Program-made: the position numbers and the translations under genes
Origin: Pseudomonadota bacterium
Lineage (GTDB): Bacteria > Pseudomonadota > Alphaproteobacteria > Rhizobiales > Xanthobacteraceae
Reading direction: 5' to 3'
DNA: 64,000 nt
NCBI GenBank assembly: GCA_046733355.1
Contig: JBKPOZ010000126.1
Location: forward strand, 731-64,730
The notes under the pieces: generated by a model
Told to the model about the DNA's origin: nothing
The model's database searches: none
What the model saw: the letters and a program-made list of their open reading frames with translations, nothing else
In this document: piece after piece, positions 60,431-64,000 of the stretch
Position numbering within the stretch: position 1 is the first letter of the stretch
How the letters are laid out: each line of letters begins with the position of its first letter

Positions 60431-61437
60431 TCAATCCATCGAGAGGTCGGTGGCGCGGATCGGCACCGCCCATTTGGCGATCTCGCTTTCCACGAATCGC
60501 TTCAGATATTCGGGCGAGCGGCGCTCTGGCCCGACAACGACGCCGCCCATCTCGCTGATCTTCTCGCGCACTGAGCTTCGTTCCACCGCGGCCACGGCTG
60601 CATCATGGAGCTTGTGCACGATTGCGGCCGGCGTGCCTTTCGGTAGAAAAAATGCGTTCCAGATGTAGGCATTGAAATCGGCCAATCCGTGCTCCTGGGC
60701 AGTGGCGAGAGATGGCAGCACCGCGCTGCGCGTCTTTGACAAAAGCGCAACGGCTTTCACCTGCCTGCCTTCGATCTGCGCAATCGCGGTGGAGATGATC
60801 GGGCATAGATAATCGAGGCGCCCTCCGATTACGTCCTGGATGGCCGAGGCGGCGGCCCGATAGGGCACATGCGTGACGCTCACACCAATGGCCGAGTTGA
60901 GGAGCACGCAGCCCAAATGCGTTGCCGAGCCGGGCCCGCCCGATCCGAACTGCATCCTCGCCTCGTTTGTCCTGATGTAAGCGATGAATTGCTGGAGGGT
61001 GTCGAAGCCCAACCCATTGCGCACGATGAGCGCCATCGGCTGCTCTGTGAGAAGCGCGACGGGCTCGAAGTCGGCAAGCGCATTGTAGAGCGGGTGTTTG
61101 TAGAGCGTCTGATTGGCGGCAAAGGTGCCAGTGCCGCCGAGGACGAATTGATTCCGTCGGGGGCCGCCTTGGCGACCCGGCCCGTCCCGCTCATGCCGCC
61201 CGCGCCCCCGACGTTCTCGACGACCACTTGTTGGCCGAGAAGCTCCGAAAGGGCCGGACTTAACGCCAAAAGATCGTCGCTGCTGCCAGCCCCAAACGTC
61301 ACCACAAGCGTGATCGGCCGCGTCGGCCATTCCTGCGCGGCTGCCGGCAGGATTGCCGATACCAGCACGGCAAACACTCGGGCTATCTGTTCGAGTTTAC
61401 GGCCTATGTGCCGTAGCGCGGGAACCCTCGGCCTCAT
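60431..61437 (-). pseudogene. Bug/TctC family substrate-binding protein interrupted by an apparent 1-nt deletion near 61150
   Basis: The N-terminus lies in ORF 60880..61500 (MRPRVPALR...WPTRPITLVVTFGAGSSDD...VAKAAPDG). The remainder lies in ORF 60431..61330 (QFVLGGTGTFAANQTLYK...). The frames meet at GACGGAATCAATTC. Confidence 0.8.
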
Positions 61438-61465
61438 CGGCCGCGCGGTCGTGCGGGTCGCATGA

Positions 61466-62769
61466 CTAGCCCGTCTGGGAGACGATGCGGATGCTTCCAT
61501 CCATGTCGCGGCTCACGCGGTTTGCCTGGTTGAGCTTGGCGAATAACGCGCTGATCTCTTTCTGAACCGTCTCGATTTTTTCCACCTGGTCGAGCAGGGC
61601 GGATACGCGCTGCTCCAGACCGGATCGCGTCTCTGCGAGCTGCTGCACCCGCTCGGGCAGCGGAATTCCACCGTCGCGCTCGACCGTCTCCAGGCTGCCG
61701 ACGAGCTCTGCCCGCGTGTCCTGCAGGATGCGCAGGCGTGTGCGAACCCCGTTTTGCGCGTCGAGCACCGGTGCGAGGCGGGTCCTTATCGCGTCGAATT
61801 CCTTCTGCTGCTGGATCATTAGCTCGAATGCTTGCTCGATTTCCTCGCACCGCACTTTCAGCTCGGAAATCCGCTCGGCGAGGCCTGATCTGCTTTCCGC
61901 CAGCTCCTTCACCCGATCAGCAAGGGGAATTCCACCGTCACGCTCGATCGCCTCCAGGCTGCCGACGAGCTCCGACCGCAACTCATGCAGGAGACGCAGG
62001 CGCTTGCGCACGCCGCTCTCCACATCGATGAGCGGCGCAAGACGTGTTTTTACCTCGGCGAATTCCTTCTCCTGCTGCAGGATTCCCTGCAACGACCCCT
62101 CAATCCCGTTGCACCGCGAATGCGCTTCGCGCGCGAATTCGAGGAAGTTGCGCACGCTCATGTCGAGCGTATCGCCGCCCTTGTCCGCTTCCATGCCTGC
62201 CATGGCCTGCTCGGCTTCGACCTGAAACCTGTGCAGCTCGGCGAGCACGTTCTCAAGCGATGTTCGTTTGGCAATCACCGCGCCGAGCCTTTCCCGCAGC
62301 CGCTTCTGCTGCTCGCGCACCCGCTCGATCGTCGCAAGCAGATCGGCGGCTTCGTCGCGCTTCTGATGCTCATCGAGAGCCTCTTCGGCAGCGCTCAACC
62401 GCCGCTGCAGCTCGCCGATGCCGGCTTCCGGATCACTGTGCGTGAGATAGCTGACCGCATCCTCGTTGTCTTTTTGTGCCGTTGCCCTTCCGCAAGCTCT
62501 TCGCGGATTCGTCGCATCTGCGCCGATAGCGCCTCGCTCAGCTTGCGCTGTTGCAGCATTCGCTCGTGTCCCCATAGGGTTGCGAAGAGAAGGAGCAGAG
62601 GGGCGGCCAGGATAGCAAACCAGGCCGCCTGCTGCGGCAGCGGCTGCGCGAGCAGCAGGTGCAGGAGCGATACCGATTGATGCTGCTGCAGGAAATAGAG
62701 CTGCGAGCCTACAGCGAGGATGAACAGGGCGACAGCCGCAATCGCGAGAGTGCGCATGGGATACTCCAT
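61466..62769 (-). pseudogene. Membrane-anchored coiled-coil protein with two 88-aa internal repeats, split by a frameshift at an A5 homopolymer
   Basis: The N-terminal 2-TM part lies in ORF 62395..62907 (MEYPMRTLAIAAVALFILAV...). The coiled-coil part lies in ORF 61466..62992. The frames meet at CACAAAAAGAC (T5 at 62471-62475 on the plus strand). Confidence 0.7.
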
Positions 62770-63264
62770 GGAGAGGAGAGCGACTTTGCGCGCGAATGCG
62801 GGATTTTGCAAACTGCGGCAAGAACACCGGGGAAGGCGCCCATTCCGCGCTTTTCTGTCGCCGTTGCGCAACATCGGCGGCTCTGTCGCGAGGACCCCGG
62901 CGCACATTGAGCGCTAGAGTTTCGTGTACTGCCGTTGAAATTCCTCGTCGAGAATTCGGTCCGCATCGGGCGGGAGCGTTTGCGCGCCGCACCGGTCACA
63001 GATGCCCATCTGAATCTCGACATTGCAGTGGACGTACCCTTTGTCGCTCCACTGCCTGAAACTTATCTTTCCGGGGGCGCCATCCTATTTGCCCTCGATG
63101 GCAGAATTCGCAGCGTGTCGGCTCCTCCTGGGCTGTCAACCACGTCTTCCCGAACTGTTTTGGCGCACCATTGCATGGGGCATTTCGGAGAAGTGTGAGC
63201 TGGTTCACACAAGAGATGGGCCTGCCGGCTATGCGCATATCCGGGAAGCGGATAAATTCCCGGC

Positions 63265-63903
63265 ATGCCGCTGACGCTCTATTATATGTCCGGCTCTCCA
63301 TACGCATGGCGGGTGTGGCTTGCCCTCGAGCACAAACGCATGCCCTATGAGCTGAAGCAAATTTCGTTCGACGGCGGAGATTTCGAAAAACCGGAATTTC
63401 TCGCGCTCAACCCGCGGCACCGGGTGCCCGTCGTCATTGATGACGGGTTTGCGCTCTATGAGTCTGCGGCCATTGTCGAGTATCTCGAGGACAAGGAGCC
63501 GCGCGAGCCGCGTCTCTTCTCGACCGACCTGCGCCAGCGGGCCTTGCAGCGACGCATGATCCGGGAGGCGGATCAATATTTCGCGGCAGGACTCGAGCGT
63601 CTCGTGGCGGCGGTCCTGTTCACGCCCAGGGAGCGGTGGTCGAAGAACGAAATTGATGGTGCGGCCGCCGAGATGAAAAGAGAGCTCGCAATGTGGGAGG
63701 CGGCAATCGCCGGCGAGTATCTGGCGGGCGCCCTCTCGGCGGTCGACTTCACCCTCTACCCGGAGATCGCACTCGTCGAACGCATAGGCAAGCGCAATGC
63801 GGGCCTGCTGCCCCAGCTGTGCGGCCCCAGGATGGACGCCTGGATGCGCCGCATGGAGGCGCTGCCCCTCATCAAAAAGACCTGGCCGCCGCATTGGCGT
63901 TAA
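63265..63903 (+). CDS. Glutathione S-transferase
   Basis: A 212-aa ORF, MPLTLYYMSGSPYAWRVWLALEHKRMPYE...NPRHRVPVVIDDGFALYESAAIVEYLED, with a canonical GST N-terminal domain. Confidence 0.9.
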   Translation: MPLTLYYMSGSPYAWRVWLALEHKRMPYELKQISFDGGDFEKPEFLALNPRHRVPVVIDDGFALYESAAIVEYLEDKEPREPRLFSTDLRQRALQRRMIREADQYFAAGLERLVAAVLFTPRERWSKNEIDGAAAEMKRELAMWEAAIAGEYLAGALSAVDFTLYPEIALVERIGKRNAGLLPQLCGPRMDAWMRRMEALPLIKKTWPPHWR

Positions 63904-64000
63904 TCCGGCCGCGCCAAGCTTCGGTCAAACTCCCGTTGCTCAATGACGAAGCGGGGGTAAACCATGCCTGCGAGCAATATCAGACGGTTGACGGCGGCGC

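Noticed and set aside
63964-64000. A possible start of a plus-strand gene (ATGCCTGCGAGCAATATC...) at the right edge.
   Set aside because: Only 12 codons are visible, which is too short to support a call.

Overview
This is a visibly GC-rich chromosomal segment (exact GC not computed). Its gene content, strong third-position GC bias and many dispersed REP-like palindromic elements look like a Bradyrhizobiaceae-type alphaproteobacterium; the taxon is inference only.

Gene content, left to right:
- A LivHMG-type ABC importer with a Tat-signal binding protein.
- A divergent 12-gene urea block, urtABCDE-ureD-ureABC-ureEFG, plus a coupled FAH-family gene. It sits behind a near-consensus sigma-54 promoter.
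- A minus-strand nitrite-assimilation operon behind a second near-consensus sigma-54 promoter: narK-type transporter, nirA, an FMN-less CysJ-like flavoprotein, and a CysG-like gene with a truncated methylase domain.
- A two-gene signalling unit: a 2,103-aa soluble poly-HAMP hybrid kinase and a REC-PAS-HWE kinase-REC protein.
- Housekeeping genes: HNH endonuclease, esterase, AlkA-like glycosylase, alpha/beta hydrolase.
- A split AtuA/DUF1446 pair next to a NitT/TauT-type ABC importer.
- An accessory-looking 41-54 kb region: two paralogous GH114-like TIM-barrel proteins, a cytidylate-kinase-like/ParB-Srx fusion, GT2 plus a small membrane protein, orphan Bug/TctC binding proteins, and a minus-strand block of a clan GH-D glycosidase (Tat), a DMT transporter, agaZ-like, agaS-like and a BadF-type sugar kinase.
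- A regulatory and small-gene region: a Zn-ribbon protein, a candidate sRNA with an intrinsic terminator, a Crp/Fnr regulator, a triple-PAS hybrid kinase, and tandem small LPYR[VI]ELW paralogs.
- Two more frameshifted genes and a GST.

No tRNA, rRNA, CRISPR array or clear mobile element was seen.

Most interesting points:
- The putative alpha-galactosamine-polymer utilisation locus, with its uncharacterised GH114-like paralogs and the kinase-ParB fusion.
- The very long cytoplasmic poly-HAMP relay.
- Three single-nucleotide frameshifts within 17 kb, which are either assembly errors or real gene decay.

All family assignments come from reading motifs in the supplied translations, not from searches.
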